Under the pieces are notes generated by a model that worked only from the letters and a program-made list of their open reading frames with translations, searched no databases and was not told the DNA's origin. Shown here piece after piece: positions 1 to 13,700 of a stretch of 64,000 nucleotides of DNA. The stretch's first letter is position 1. Each line of letters begins with the position of its first letter. The stretch comes from Saccostrea cucullata. Taxonomy: Eukaryota. The stretch spans positions 62,001 through 126,000 of the forward strand of contig NW_026918862.1 of NCBI RefSeq assembly GCF_032062105.1. Reading direction: 5' to 3'. Position numbers and translations under genes: made by a program.

Positions 1-1770
1 TGTAAAAATTCTGCTTGCAATTAAATGTGTCATATGATTTCAGGGTAGTCAATGACTGACAATGAGACCTTTACAAAACATTTTGGAATTTTAGAAGACA
101 ATTTTCTAATTTTGCAAAAGCAGGAGCACTTTTGATACTCTGTGATAATTTCTGAATTCAAATTTAAAATAAGTGAAATATTGCTGTGAATTCCTGCAAA
201 AAACAATTAATTGTAACACCTGCATTTTTAATATACAAATTCTGTGCAACAGGAAAACACCGTTTTAAAGTATTCATTAACATTTAGTAACTAAACAATT
301 GAATTATCAATATTTTTACATCGGTTTTATCACTATGAAGAATATTCTGCTTTAAACTGAATCCTGTTCCATGAAATCAAAGAGGGAATGTAATTTATTT
401 ATGTCGGGTGTTCTTTGTTTGTCATCCTATTAGATATAACAGCAGTACCTTCTTCAAGGATGTGTGCGCATATATAGATAAAAATATAATTATGTAAGGA
501 ACACGTAATACTGAAGATTTTTTTTTATATACGCCGAAAAGTTATATTCAATTCAAAAATAAACTTTTATACATAAAATGGTTGATAAAAGAAAAAAAAA
601 ACATTTAGTTTGTACATTTCTATTTTCTCTCCTCCCTTCAAGGAACCAGTCACTGTAGCAAGGTGGAAATGCGTTTCCTTCGTGATCATGAGACCAAGGA
701 CAGATTCTTTTTCGCGGCGCAGCGTCAAAACTAAGCCGTAAAGATAGGTAGTGACTGTTCCTTCGACAAGCGCTTGGCATTAGAAGTATAAAGTCACAGA
801 TGTTTCGGATGTGACCATAAAAATTCTCACTGCTCAATGGACGTTTCATACGGTGATGTATCTAAATTAATTAGTGAACAATTCTCAAGAGGAGCCTTAA
901 ACAATATACAATCAATCAATCAATCCTGTTAAGGATTTGGTTGGTGTTAAGAGATTACATATGTAAAACGAGACCGTTTGAATGTATGTTTGAATTAAAA
1001 AGAAAATGCTAGTAAAAAGAAGCCAAATAAATAACAGAAACTTTACGTCATCACGGTTCAATATGTACTAGCTTCCTGAGAGTGTTGAATAAGCAATAAT
1101 TGTTTCCTTTAGACTTGTTTCCTACACACATGCCCCTCCTCCAAAAAAAAATGATAAAATCAGCAAGCGTTTCGGTGAAAAATTTAGAAAACTTATTCGG
1201 ATGTTAAGTATTTAGATGTGACTCCAAAAAAAATCATCAGAGCAGGAAGGATACATCCTTAATATATAATTCGTCAAGGTACACTTATATACCCAATGCA
1301 ACTCTATGTATAAGCTCATAATGTCTAGGACGTGTAAGAGTTTTCTTGAAAAGTAAGGAAATTAAGTTGTACAGTCGTCTTGCTATCAAACAACTAGACA
1401 GACATGTCTTATTCTTGGAAAAATAACAATTTTTGTGCTGAACTGTACAGGGATAAGTGTAAATAAACTTCTTTACAGAGTGAAAGGACAGTAAAATGAT
1501 CATAGGTGAAAAGGATGATTCTTCTTTTCCATTATGCTTCAAGATGAACCGATTTTTTTTATGTTTACTCGTCCCAAAGACTTTATTTTTCAATGTTTTT
1601 GTACGATATTTTGGACAGAAAATAAGAAACAGATGGTTTACAATAGAAACTCAAAACAGCTTATTGACAAAACGTGCAACCCATAACTTAAAGCAGGCTA
1701 ATTACAGAAACTCTAATTCAAATGTTGCAAACATCGTGATATTGTATAGCAATTTTTTAGAGCTATTGGA

Positions 1771-1805
1771 TATATAATTATATATCGTTAGGGATGCTGT
1801 TCATC
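1771..1805 (+). promoter_or_regulatory. TATA box / initiator of peptide gene A
   Basis: TATATAA at 1771-1777, ~30 nt upstream of TCA at 1801 and 60 nt upstream of the ATG; homologous TATATA in paralog B at ~15330-15336 (-). Confidence 0.5.
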
Positions 1806-1830
1806 AACTGTTCCCAAGCTGAAGGACACG

Positions 1831-4279
1831 ATGCGATTTCTCTGCATTTACTTGATTGTGAGTAATAACTTTGATTAGCGTTCTGTTCAATTCTTTTCTA
1901 TTTCTCTAGGAGTATCTCAGAATGTACAGTAGTTTTTGAACCAGATTAAAAAAAAATGTGCACAATTTAAAATATCTGTGAAACATAGCTTATTGTCAAC
2001 TTATGACTCTGAAAGTGCTGGTTAAAGATTGCAGCCTTAAAATGTGTTTACTGATATTTTGAAGAATTTCTTTTTTGTGTTACACACGATTTCGCTTAAA
2101 AAATACAACAGCACATGTATGAAGTCGTAACAGTGCTGCTTTGAAAAATAAAGCCTTTTAACCCAACTGTTGATATTTTCTTTTTATCATCAAATTGTTT
2201 GGTGAAAGGTTGTCTCATTTTAGAAATTATTTAGATGAGAAGTATGCTGTTATGTATCGAGTGAACTTTAAAACAAATCTGTATAAAAAAAAAGCTTGTG
2301 TTTGCTTAACTTATTGATATTACGTCACAGATTTATTTGAAACTTAGTTTTTCCTATATTATAGATGAGGATCAAGATATTTACGAATCTTGTCATCACG
2401 AAAAACAAATGTGATTAAAACAAAACTGAGACACGGTCATCAAAATAGTTATCAATATTCTTTGTTCGAATTTAATTTCCATCACGTAGACGCTAAATAA
2501 GGCGGCAGTTAAGTGCTACAGAAACGTACTGGAATGTATCTTGTACAATCCCTCAAAATATCAAAAAGTCACCAATATCACTATAGATTATGAGTTTTTA
2601 AAGGGGCATTGACACAGTTTCAGCTTCAGTTTCAATTTTTTTTCCATTTTCCATTTTTTCCATTTTACAAATATTTAACTAGGGTCTTTATTAAGATCAT
2701 CAACAAGTTGAACGACAGTTGTTTATTATTGTTGTCTAAAGTAACCTGGTTGAATTCTTGCTGCTTTCGATATGTAGGTCCAGTTTTAATTCTCTTTTAC
2801 AATGCTTTGTAAAGCTAGGATGACTAACGTATGTTTTGGCACCTTTGCTAGGTACTAAGTCATCAAGATTCCCTCACACGACATGCGCCTGTATGACCCA
2901 ATATTTAACAGTCTCAATTTTAAGTCTATTAATTTTCAGTATTGTGCTGTCTCTAATGTAAGTGAAATATTAAAAAAAAATGACACAAACCGCACCAACA
3001 ACAAAATACTTAATATTTTTTCATAAGAAGTATATATTTCAGTTATGTTTGATTTACATGAGATGATTTTAACAATTCAACTCCTAAGTTTATGTTTATA
3101 TCTTAAGATCTATATATGTATGTTTATATCTATAGATCTATATGCTAATGTATATGTCCATGTCAATGGCAGAAAGGGAGAGGGCATATTCAGTGAAATT
3201 TAAAGGCGAACGCGGGCCTCATGGCAGAGAGTGTAAATATCATTTGAAATATCTCTCTTTTGCTTTTTATCTGTCTTTTTCTTTGAGAACAAGTGAAATT
3301 TAATTTTTCCAATTTCAAATTTTACAGTTTTTATATGACAATGCCTTGTGTCAGTGGATTTTTACACTAAACTACACAAATTAGATAAAACTCCACTAAA
3401 ATTAGCAGATCCAAATTTTACCTCTATTTATGAAGAAAAACTGTTTTATGTTACCACAATAAGAGAGTCTTTTGATATGAAACAATCTCTAGCCTTCCCC
3501 TTTATTAAATTTTTATTTTAGTCCTTGAATCAAATTAAATAAAAACAGGGCGTTAAGTCTTGGAAGCAAAATGGTGTAAAACACGCACAAATGAGAAAAA
3601 ACTCCACCACAATATGCTGATACAAATTTAACTTTCATTACTGAAGCATTTATTATAGTACAATAAGACAATTATTATTGAAGATTCCACTTATATATTG
3701 ACTTTAAAAAGAAAACAAAACTGTCATGAATAATACATTATTTGTTCTAAAAATGTCTCCAGTAAATATTTTCGAAGCGCATTTGATACAGATTACTTAA
3801 TTTTTATCATGCAATGTTCTGTAAACATTTAATTCTGTGATTATATTGACGAAATCATTCCCCTTTTTTCTGGATCAAGAGTAGGTAGTCGATATAAAAA
3901 ATAATCTCTGCCCCCTTTTCATTTCTTTTTATTTCAGTCTTCGAGAATCAAATTAAACAATAGCAACGAGTAAAAATATGAAAACAAAATTATGTAATAT
4001 TTGCATGCATTTTAATTCTAAAAACATTTTTACAGTGAATGAAGACCAACATGAAATTCCAGATGGACAGAGAGCATTGAAATCCTTGAAGTAAGAATAT
4101 ATCATTTAGGCATGCTATGTTTTCAATTAGTGGAATACTTTTCAATCAACAAAATATCATGTTAACTTTTATTTCATTTTTTATTACTATTTATCAATTA
4201 TTGCCTATCTGGAGACACTTTGCAACCTATATCAATTTGCAGGAAGAAAACATACTGGGACTGGACATTACCTGGATAG
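1831..4279 (+). CDS. Small secreted prepropeptide gene A (4 coding exons, 71 aa)
   Basis: Exons 1831-1857, 3136-3232, 4036-4090, 4243-4279; all introns GT-AG with phases 0/1/2 in frame. Protein MRFLCIYLIIYMLMYMSMSMAERERAYSVKFKGERGPHGRELNEDQHEIPDGQRALKSLKKKTYWDWTLPG*. Hydrophobic N-terminus, KKK site, terminal Gly. The paralog at 13701-15277 has the same exon phases. Confidence 0.75.
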
Positions 4280-4745
4280 ATTCAAGGAACAGACACCACG
4301 ACAATTGAAAACCAAGCCTTGATGTATTTATGCCTTTTACTATAAAGTAAATTATCTCAAGCTTAACATTTGAGTTTCTTTTCAACTATGCTACAGTGTA
4401 TGACGCAGAATTCCACACATGACAGACATTTTTAAATTTTGTATTACCTCATCCTATCAAAAAAAACTTAAGAAATCAATATAATTAAAAAACAGGATTG
4501 AGTAAAAAAAATATGTTATTTTTTTCAGTATAGTTCATCACAGTCTGTTTACTTTTATTAAAGAATGTCTATAATGCACATCAATGGTGTCCAATTCAGA
4601 GATAATAAATAAAAAAATCAATAAAAAATATTGAGTGAAGTTTTATGGTAAATCAAAGCCTGAGGGTTACAAAGTATTCAAGACAGGTGACTACAATCGA
4701 TAATACCGGGTAATTGAATTATGATTTGCAATACAATATACTCTA

Positions 4746-4951
4746 CTATAAACAGGCTTATTTTCGCCCTGTGGTAATTTCGCCCTTTTACAATTGCTAA
4801 AAACTTCCTTCATTTAAATTCACCCAGTCACAATAAAAAAAAAAGAAATTATACTGTGTTCTCTGAATTCCCCCTTTTTAAAATTTGCCAATTTGTGGCA
4901 AGGGCGATAGGGGCGACTTTAACACGGGGACATAAATTTCCATGCATACAG
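4746..4951. mobile_element. Tc1/mariner-type MITE (TA TSD), same family as 56594-56785
   Basis: TA|CTATAAACAGG...CATGCATACAG|TA ends; internal TTTCGCCC/GGGCGA motifs shared, inverted, with 56594-56785. Confidence 0.6.
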
Positions 4952-5019
4952 TACTCCTATGTATTGTGATGTAAACTTTAATTAATTAACACTTTTTCAA
5001 TTTATGTATTTTAACATAC

Positions 5020-5188
5020 NNNNNNNNNNNNNNNNNNNNNNNNNNNNNNNNNNNNNNNNNNNNNNNNNNNNNNNNNNNNNNNNNNNNNNNNNNNNNNNNN
5101 NNNNNNNNNNNNNNNNNNNNNNNNNNNNNNNNNNNNNNNNNNNNNNNNNNNNNNNNNNNNNNNNNNNNNNNNNNNNNNNNNNNNNNNN
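5020..5188. other. Assembly gap
   Basis: Run of 169 N. Confidence 1.
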
Positions 5189-7079
5189 TAATTTCAAGAT
5201 ATTATTTCATTCTTTCATATATATCCAAACCATATGAACGTCCTTTGTATGCATGGAAGGGGCTTTATGTACCAGCGGGCACGAGGAGGTTAGGTGAGGT
5301 ATATGTATGAAAAAAAATGAAGGGGGGGGGGGCATATTATCAATCATTATTGCTAGTATTGAAAATCCATGTTTTGTTAAGCGATCATTACGAAAATTGC
5401 ATTTAGTCAAAAAAACGAAAAGATATGCATACCAACACAGGTTTCTTCAGTAAAATTAACTTAATTTAAACAATATTATTTTTATTATGATTAAACATAT
5501 CAGGATTGAAGAACAGGCATTGCCTATGTATGTCCTTTCAAAAGTAGATTGATTTATAATTGAAAACAATGGCTTATTACTTAGCAGGGTTCATATTATA
5601 CATGTAATGCCTGTTCTAATTACAAAATGACGCAGTATAAGACACACCGGATCAGTGCATTAAAAAGGATTTATTAAATTCTAGCAATTGAAATACAAGA
5701 TTGATTTCCGTGATTTTAAATTTGTAATTCTACTTTCATTTTCAAAATGAAGTTGGTTTTATGTTACGAGAGGTTTCCCCGATACAGTGCCGAATATCGC
5801 ACTTTCTGTTATATTTTAAAAGTACGGTATGAAATTAAACGTGGATCCAGGAAATTTCAACGGGTTCGGGGTTAGGTTGGTCCACACCTATATCAATATA
5901 GATCCAAACTCTGAAGTTTTCTGACAAGCAATAAAATATATCCAAATATGAGTGACTTATGTTTAAGGGGAGGTGAGATTGGGAGAGAGGGGTGCTTTAT
6001 TTCTTAATCATGATTCTCCTTAGCGACCCATCAAATTACCGTAAACGGGTCATTATCTTCTTAGTCTCTCAAAAAGTAATCAAAGTAGTGCTTTTCTTTG
6101 TTTGTTTCTGAGGTGCTTCTCAATGTTCTTCATTGCAAATATCTCAGACGATGTCAATAAATAATTTTTTTCGTCTATCATAAAAATTGAGTGCATGATA
6201 CACAAAAGCATATACACAAAGACTGTAAATACATATGTACAATTTTTACCCGAAGAACAAGTACATGTAAATAGTGATTTCAACATCTAATGGCATACAT
6301 TGCAAAATATTTTGTCCGCCAATAGCGCTTGTTTCTTATCACACACCTACAGGATGTCCATTTCCATGAAACATTGACCTGATTCTGTAAACAGAAATCT
6401 AAACACGGAAAAATAGTTTCCCTTAGAAAATAATTTCTAATTTACACAATTACATATATCAATTAATCTCAAATTAATGAGCTTTTTTATCGGTAAAATA
6501 TATACATTTCCAGATTTCCGAAATTTTACGATTGATATGCTATATACATGTAAACTTAAAAAAAAAATAAAAAAAAAACATGAATGGAACACCCGCTAAC
6601 ACAAACAAACTCACATTCCACGGATACGTCTTTTCCAAATTATTTATTTCTCATAAGAATACATTTGATTAATTATATGTTAATTAAATTTTATAAGAAA
6701 AAATTAGAAGTAATTTAAAATTTCCTCTTTTTATACCTGCTTCTGTTTTATTTTTACCACATCATATCGCTGTTATCAGGAACAAATATAATTCAGGAAA
6801 ACGTCTGCTGTTCTAAAATATTTTTCCAGTAACCATTTTAAAAGTCATAAAAGATAAACAGTTGTCCGTAAATTCGTGGACAGCATTGGTAATAAAAGTC
6901 AAATACTAATATAGTATATGAAAGTTATTTTTTCATAAAATTTTTATATATTTGATTAATCTATAAGTTTTTAACAAAAACAAAGCACAGATGATTCTAT
7001 TTTTATCAAATACAAAAAGGTACACACTCATACCCAGAGCACTGAAAGGAAAATCCTTGAAATTTTGAATAAGTGAATG

Positions 7080-9150
7080 TCTTAACAAGTTTGTACGAAA
7101 TTTTGGTAATTTTAGATTATAATTAGTTTCAGATCGCAAGTTTTAAGAAGTTCAAGAATGAAATTCAAATAAATTATGTGTTAATGTTGCAAATGTTGTA
7201 AAATAATATGTATTTGTATAGATCAACTAGCTCGTAAGCTGTTAACCATCCAAGCTTCTCAAACAGTGGTTTACAAGAAGAATCAGGATTTGCGTCAAGA
7301 ATAATCTTGATGCCCTTTTTATAATTTAAAAAGTCTGTCCATGTCATGCTTGGGGCATTACCCCAAACAGTAAAAAAATAGTTAATAGACAGTAAAATAT
7401 AGGCATTATAATATAGTTTCCTGGTATGAAGAGGGAGAAATTTCTTAATCTTGCGAAGAGTAAATAACTTGTAATTTAAGGTTTTACAAACCGAATCAAT
7501 ATGATTCGCATACTGTAACTTATCATCAATATGTACACCAAGGTTTTTTTTTTCAGTTTCAACCATTTCAACTGTTTTATATGAGGCAAAAAGTTGTAAA
7601 TTTGGATTATTCAGTTTTGATTTTCTTTGTTGTGTTCCCAATAACATACATTTTGTTTTATCTACATTTAATACCATTTGATTTTGAGCAGGGCATTTCT
7701 CATTCTCCTAAAGAACTGAATTTAGTGTATTTTTAACCATCTTGCATTATGATTACTAGAATACAGAGTAGCAGAATCAGCAAACATATCAATATTCGAA
7801 TTGTTTACATGTAAAGGAAGGTCGTTTATGTACAATGAAAAGAGAAGTGCACCCAAAATTGACCCTTGTGATACTCCTGCTGTGACGGGTAAAATATTGG
7901 AATGTGTTCCAAATTTACTACGCTGGATCCTGTTGTAAAGACATGACTGAAACCACTTTATAGCTGTTAAGTCAAATTTGCAATGGGTTAATTTTTCTAG
8001 AAGAATATTATGATTCACAAAATCAAATGCTTTACTAAAATCTATAAATGTAATTCCGATTAGTTCACAACGATCCATTGCATTAAGCCAACTTTCTGTT
8101 AGTTTTGTAAGGGACGTTTGACAGGAATGCAGTTCCCTACATCCCGACTTGGATTGTGCTAGCAGATCAACTTCATTAGTGAAATTTTTTATTAGCTTAC
8201 CTACATGTTTTAAATCAATTTAGATATAGTTGGTACAATAGAAATAGTACGATGATTATTCGGCTCAGATTTGTCCCCTTTCTTAAAAATAGGTGTTACT
8301 TTGGCTTGTTTTCAATTTGTTGGATAAATACCACTCACTATGATAGAGTGGATAAGATATGTTAACATACATATTTACATGCAACTTTCAAAAAACGCGG
8401 TCCAGAAATCATGTATGATTCTAAATTTGCCAGGATCAGATTTTTGTACGACCCCTAGGGGAGACGATATGAAAGGTACGAAAGGAGACGATGTGAAGGG
8501 ACCTGCAAATTTATTATTGTTTAGCCCATTGGTAATAAAATCATCAAGTACTGAGTGATGGCCAATAGTACTTTTGTGTTTTTTTATAAGATAGAATTTG
8601 GAATGCCTTGGCAAAAAAAAAAAAATGAAAGTCATATGAGGACCCTTTCTGATTTGAAGTTTCTTAGAATCATAACCTCCTAAAAACTTAATCATTTTAT
8701 TTATTGTTTTGACTGGTGTTAGTAAGTTTGTGGTTTGACCCCTGGGGTTTTGATGATCCAATGCACTTAGATTTTTGGTGATTTCTTTGCATTGTAAGCA
8801 AATATTTTTTAATGGTCAAGGGTTTCGGAGACAAGGTGTTAAAGTGGAAACAAAATTTCCCTCAAAACGACTGGTGTTGAGCGTGTTTATTGTAAGTTTT
8901 AGTGAGGGTTGCAACTTTTAATTTCAATTCTTGAATTCGATTTTACCAAGGGACATTTACTGTTTCTTTGAGCTTCCTAAGCTGTTCGTCAGACAATCTA
9001 AGTGGTTCCTTCTGAAAAAAATTTAAATAATCAAATGTTACACCGTTTTCAATTTATTTACTTCTGCTTTTTTTATGAACATATAGTTTGTTTTCCATAT
9101 TTTTCCACACAATTTCTTCTAATGTGGTAGGAGAGTAATGATAAACATTT
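7080..9150 (-). pseudogene. Degenerate non-LTR retrotransposon (CR1/L2-like LINE) reverse transcriptase
   Basis: Broken frames with VTPIFKKGD, FIDFSKAFD..NHNILLEKL, GVSQGSILG, MFADS (YADD position), LNVDKTKCM and LGVHID motifs; frameshifts and stops; interrupted at ~8355-8700. Confidence 0.88.
8400..8600 (-). mobile_element. DIRS/Ngaro-like tyrosine-recombinase retrotransposon RT fragment inside the LINE
   Basis: FAGPFTSSPFVPFISSPLGVVQKSDPGKFRIIHD matches the DIRS RT N-terminal pattern (GPF...SPLG.V.K...K.R.IHD). Confidence 0.65.
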
Positions 9151-11406
9151 TCATTTTGACAGAAATTGATTTTATTTTAAAATTATGATTAAATCGTTAA
9201 TTGATAAAATATGAAATATATGCAATAAAGAAAATATAGAAGCGCCACAAATATTCAAAAAAAATTTATTATTATTTACTACTCGAAGAAATTAACTACC
9301 TCAGTAACGTAGTTTAGTGGGTCAATAAAGATGTTCATGCCTTTGGAAATTAAGTAGCCCCCTCCAACCCCCGATCCCCCTCTTTTCAACATAAGTTGAT
9401 TGAATTATTTTCACAGTCAAATAGCTTGGATCTCATTTGAACTTGGTGAAGAGGAACCAAACTCTTAAATAATTCATTGATCCCGGTTTAATTTAAGTTT
9501 TTACCCATTAACTATGAAACAGGCTGCGGAATTCGACACTCTTATTGACCATCTCCCTAAAGATAGTCATCTGCTTTGTAAAAGTGAGGGTAGAATTAAA
9601 AATGTAAAATTGAGGAAATCAATCTTGAATTTCAATTGCTTGAATTAAATATAAGTCCCTCTTAATACAATGACATTGTCTGTCTTATACTTCGTTATTT
9701 TGTAATTATCACGTGTTCTATGATATCAAGCACGCTGAGCATTAGTCATGTTTTTCAAGCATAAATGATTCTACTCGAGAAACATTTTCTTTTCTTTATG
9801 ACTAAATGCTGTTTTCGTTATGCCAGTTTACAAATAAGGTCAATCTTAAGTACTAAAGTTGAATGTTTTCTTTTTTTCAGTCAAGAATTTGTTACACATG
9901 TAGTGAGGTATGAATATGGTATGAGATATGACACAATGAATTATGTATAAAACCGAGAAATAAGCTTTAATTTTGATTATAATCAATTATAAATATATGT
10001 TTAGCATGAAATAAGGTGCACATGAATAAACCTGAATGGAAATGTACTATAAATTAATTAAAGTCTTCCCCAGTTATACGATAGTATACGAGAGCTATTA
10101 GGAAATTATTGAGACAATGTGTATATTTTTAGTTTCTTATAAACACCTTTCCTTGGAAATTTTCATATACGTTAAAAAAGCATTAAAAACTCATAAAAGC
10201 AAGAAATATTTTATGAATATTTTTTTTCTCTTCGAGGAATATAAATGAATCGAAGTTAGGAGAACCGAGCAGTCTCAATAAATATTTTACACCAATATTA
10301 AATCTCCCTGTGGGCCCTTATAGGAGCGAAAATTATTCAATTTATGTGTATATCTTTTTTTTTAATTCAATTTCGACTTCAAATTGTACCAGTTTTTCAT
10401 TTTTTTTTTAAAATTTTCATCATGAATATGGAGATCATTAAAAGAAATAGGCGCAGTAAAGAAATATGATAAGGACGACAAAATGCATTTTGACATCAAG
10501 GTGGAGCAGCGAGCATACCAGAAATTTTGTGAAGCGCTACGTAGAACTCTTATCCAGATTGAAAATAAAAAAAAGAAAAAAAAAAAGAAAAAAGACATGT
10601 CCACAGATTTGTTATTTTATTGGTATATAAATTTTTTTCTACGCGGCTAGGATAAGGCTGTCCGTAAAATATCAAACTGTTCAAACTGAAAGTACTTCTC
10701 TGAACTACCTCGATATGACGTCATAATATAATATAACGTGAAGTCACCGCATACTTGAGCTTACCTGACGGGAAAGTGTCATAATTTTTACATATGGCAT
10801 GTATATTTTTAAGGACGTTGTAGTTTAATTCAAGTGCTGGGATTGATTTTATGCTCAATGTGCTGTTATGATGTTGAACATTTGGAATATATGTATCCCT
10901 TTTCCTTTTGCTTGTCCAGTACGTACATATTCAAACAATAGCGAAAAATAATATGTGAAACAGTCCCCTTACACGTCCGTAGAAAGAGTTAGAATTTTAT
11001 GAATCGTGTTTATATTTGACTGGAACAAGTGAAAGACAAGGATAAATTGAAGATATTCTCTGTGAATTTACAAGAGAATTATTTCTCTCTAACTGAATTT
11101 TGCTGGGGGATTGTATGTAGTTCATCCATTTTTGTATAAATCGCGATAAGGAGTGGAATTTACCCCTTCTTATGTTGGTAAGTTGAGTTTGTCGTAAAAT
11201 ATTTTCTTAAGAAGTAAAATTTAAACCTGCCCCCAACACTTTTTATGTACCAGAGATCACGATGAATAAATATATGTAACAAACTGTGCACAGTAATTTT
11301 GTTTTGCACTTGTGCTGAAGCGATTTTGTGAAACATTTGAGTATGTCATAAAAGTCCGTCACGTGATCAACACAGTCATGTGACATCACAGAATTGCTTT
11401 ATTATA

Positions 11407-11584
11407 CAGCAAAACTCGCTTAAAAGGAAGTAGCTGGGACCTTTGAAATTACTTCGCTATATCATATATAATTCGTTATAACCGTACAAGAAAGTCATTA
11501 AAATTATACAGATGGGGATCCAAAATGACTTTGCTTTATTTGTGCATTCGCGATATCCGTGTTCGTACTAAACGAGTTTTACTG
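11407..11584. mobile_element. Tc1/pogo-type MITE (178 bp)
   Basis: TA|CAGCAAAACTCG ... CGAGTTTTACTG|TA: TIR with 1 mismatch and a TA duplication. Confidence 0.75.
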
Positions 11585-13100
11585 TAATACTTGATTAAAC
11601 GATTATCTCAAGTTCAAACAAGCTCAAAATGAAATCTATATTTTTTAGGCATTTTAAGCCTTCGGACAGTTTTATTATAACTGCGTAACCAGTAATTCAA
11701 ACATTATAGGAAAAATGAATACTCTGTACAAATATAGATTATCACAGAATTAATAACGCTGACATGTGTAGTAGAAAAGTTGTTGTGACATAACTGCTAT
11801 CAGGGGTTACTTTTGCTACGACGGATTATATTTACCTACAACGAATTCGATAGTTTTCAAACAATAGTGAATAAATATGACGCCTTATAAATAGTTCCAA
11901 TAGTTCTGAAATATGTTATTTATAAGGAATACTGCATTATCTATGATTTTTTTGGACCCTATCGAACAAATGTCCTTTCATGAAAGAGAATGAGCGGGTC
12001 TCAATTCAATAGGGATATGTATTTCCAAGAAGTCTACCTTATATGGCAAGGTTATTATTCCTCACATAGTTGCCAACCGAAAACGGTTGTCCAATCAAAT
12101 GACAGATTTAGAAATCATGCTGGTTTACTTCACATTTATATTTTATCACATTCACGAAGTTAAGGTCAATTTACTTTTTATTCTCTTTTACATTTCAGAC
12201 TTTTAATTGTCAGCCAAACATTAAATATTTTAATGTTTACGGTTTTGGGTCAAGAAATGCCCATGAAACTTGTATTCACTGATACAAGGAAATGCGCGTA
12301 GACATACGGCTAGCGAATTACCCACCACACACTTTACAGAATTTTTAACTAATTTTAAACTAGCCAAAGAGGAAAATTGTACGTACTTGCGCTCGTATAT
12401 ATTCAAAGCTTCAAAAAGTAGGGCAGGGTCAAAATTCAATCAGAATTGGATGTAATTATGAAACCTGTACCCAAGTAAGGTTTTTATATCTTTGAAATCA
12501 TGTTTCTGTTTTTGTTAACAAATACTATTCCGTATTGGTACACATATCAATAAAAAGATACATACAGAACTTTGAGAATAATTTAGAAATTCATGTTTTG
12601 TCAATTTACCAAAGGCCGTTGATAACTGCATCCTTTTAAGCAATACATGATGCTTAGGCATACTGTTAATAGCCAGTTTGATGCATGAAAATAAACACTG
12701 ATGTAGCAACAACATATATATATATATTTTAAAAAAAGAATCCTAAAGAAAAGAGAGATGTATTTCTATGTTATAAATGAAAACAAACAGAAAAAGATAA
12801 ATGCTTCCCGGTCGATTTCGATCGAAAACATCTTCCCCTAACGTAACGTTTAAAATTGACGTAGCGATGCTGCCTCCAGGTCGATGGGCATACGTACCGA
12901 GGTATGTTTATAATTTCATCGGAAATTATCTAGATATCCCGTGAATTAGAAAGTTTGAATACTTGTTTTATTTTTTCTTTATATAAAGTCGATGGATTTT
13001 CATGAATTTATATCATGGACATTTTAATTTTATATTACTAACAGATAATATTTAAGCATTAAATTCATATTTTGGGATGCCTTCGGTCCTATAACACACC

Positions 13101-13163
13101 TGGCCGTGCCGACAAATTGAATACCGCGCGTTAGCGCGGTATGATAATTTGTCGGCACGGCCA
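13101..13163. repeat. GC-rich near-perfect palindrome/hairpin
   Basis: TGGCCGTGCCGACAAATT (13101-13118) pairs with 13146-13163; inner ATACCGCGC-gtta-GCGCGGTAT. Confidence 0.9.
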
Positions 13164-13700
13164 TGTGCCGTTTGTGACGTTGGAAAGTTAAATAACGCAA
13201 ATAAACATTGCGAGGGAAAAAATGACAAATTAAATTTTAATGCACATTTGTTGTAATTTTATGTTAATTTTAAAAGGGTAGTTTTTTAAATGAAATTGAG
13301 TCAAAACAATATAGATTTTGTTGTTCATAAATATTGAAAATGCATGTAGTTCCTACTGTATATTCTAACACGCGGTGACAAGGTTTTGCGTGTGTTATAA
13401 AAATTTGAACGTCGTGGATTTCTAATGGATTTCATAAAGAAAATTACACTGAATGTAAATATAATGTGATGGACTGCTTCTAAATGATGTATTTAATAAC
13501 GATATATTTATTTTTTTTTTGGGGGGGGGGGTAACACAAATTTAACTAATGTCATTCATATATGGAATTTATGTAATATATTAGTTGAATTAGTTGAAAA
13601 TTGGTTGGATATCTGTTGAGAAATTTAACTTTATTGTAACAGACATACAGATTCATGAAAGCCTTGGAGTCTGTTCCTTGAATCTCTACACATGTTAAAA

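Larger units (their letters stand above)
1505..4390. repeat. Left arm of a diverged inverted segmental duplication (partner ~13585-15620)
   Basis: Collinear reverse-complement similarity through promoter, introns and 3' UTR, e.g. 1800-1915 vs 15185-15310 and 4036-4240 vs 13755-13965. The left copy has an extra ~0.8 kb at ~2070-2900. Confidence 0.85.

Noticed and set aside
2912-2957. Hydrophobic SILSLLIFSIVLSL stretch with a GTAAGT donor as an extra exon of gene A
   Set aside because: Phase incompatible with exon 1, and frame and donor are not conserved in paralog B.
4117-4308. ORF-track 63-aa ORF and its homolog 13552-13884 (-) as real proteins
   Set aside because: They read through conserved intron 3 into exon 4 of the peptide genes in the wrong frame; the similarity comes from the DNA duplication.
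4997-5237. ORFs spanning the N run
   Set aside because: Artefacts of the assembly gap.
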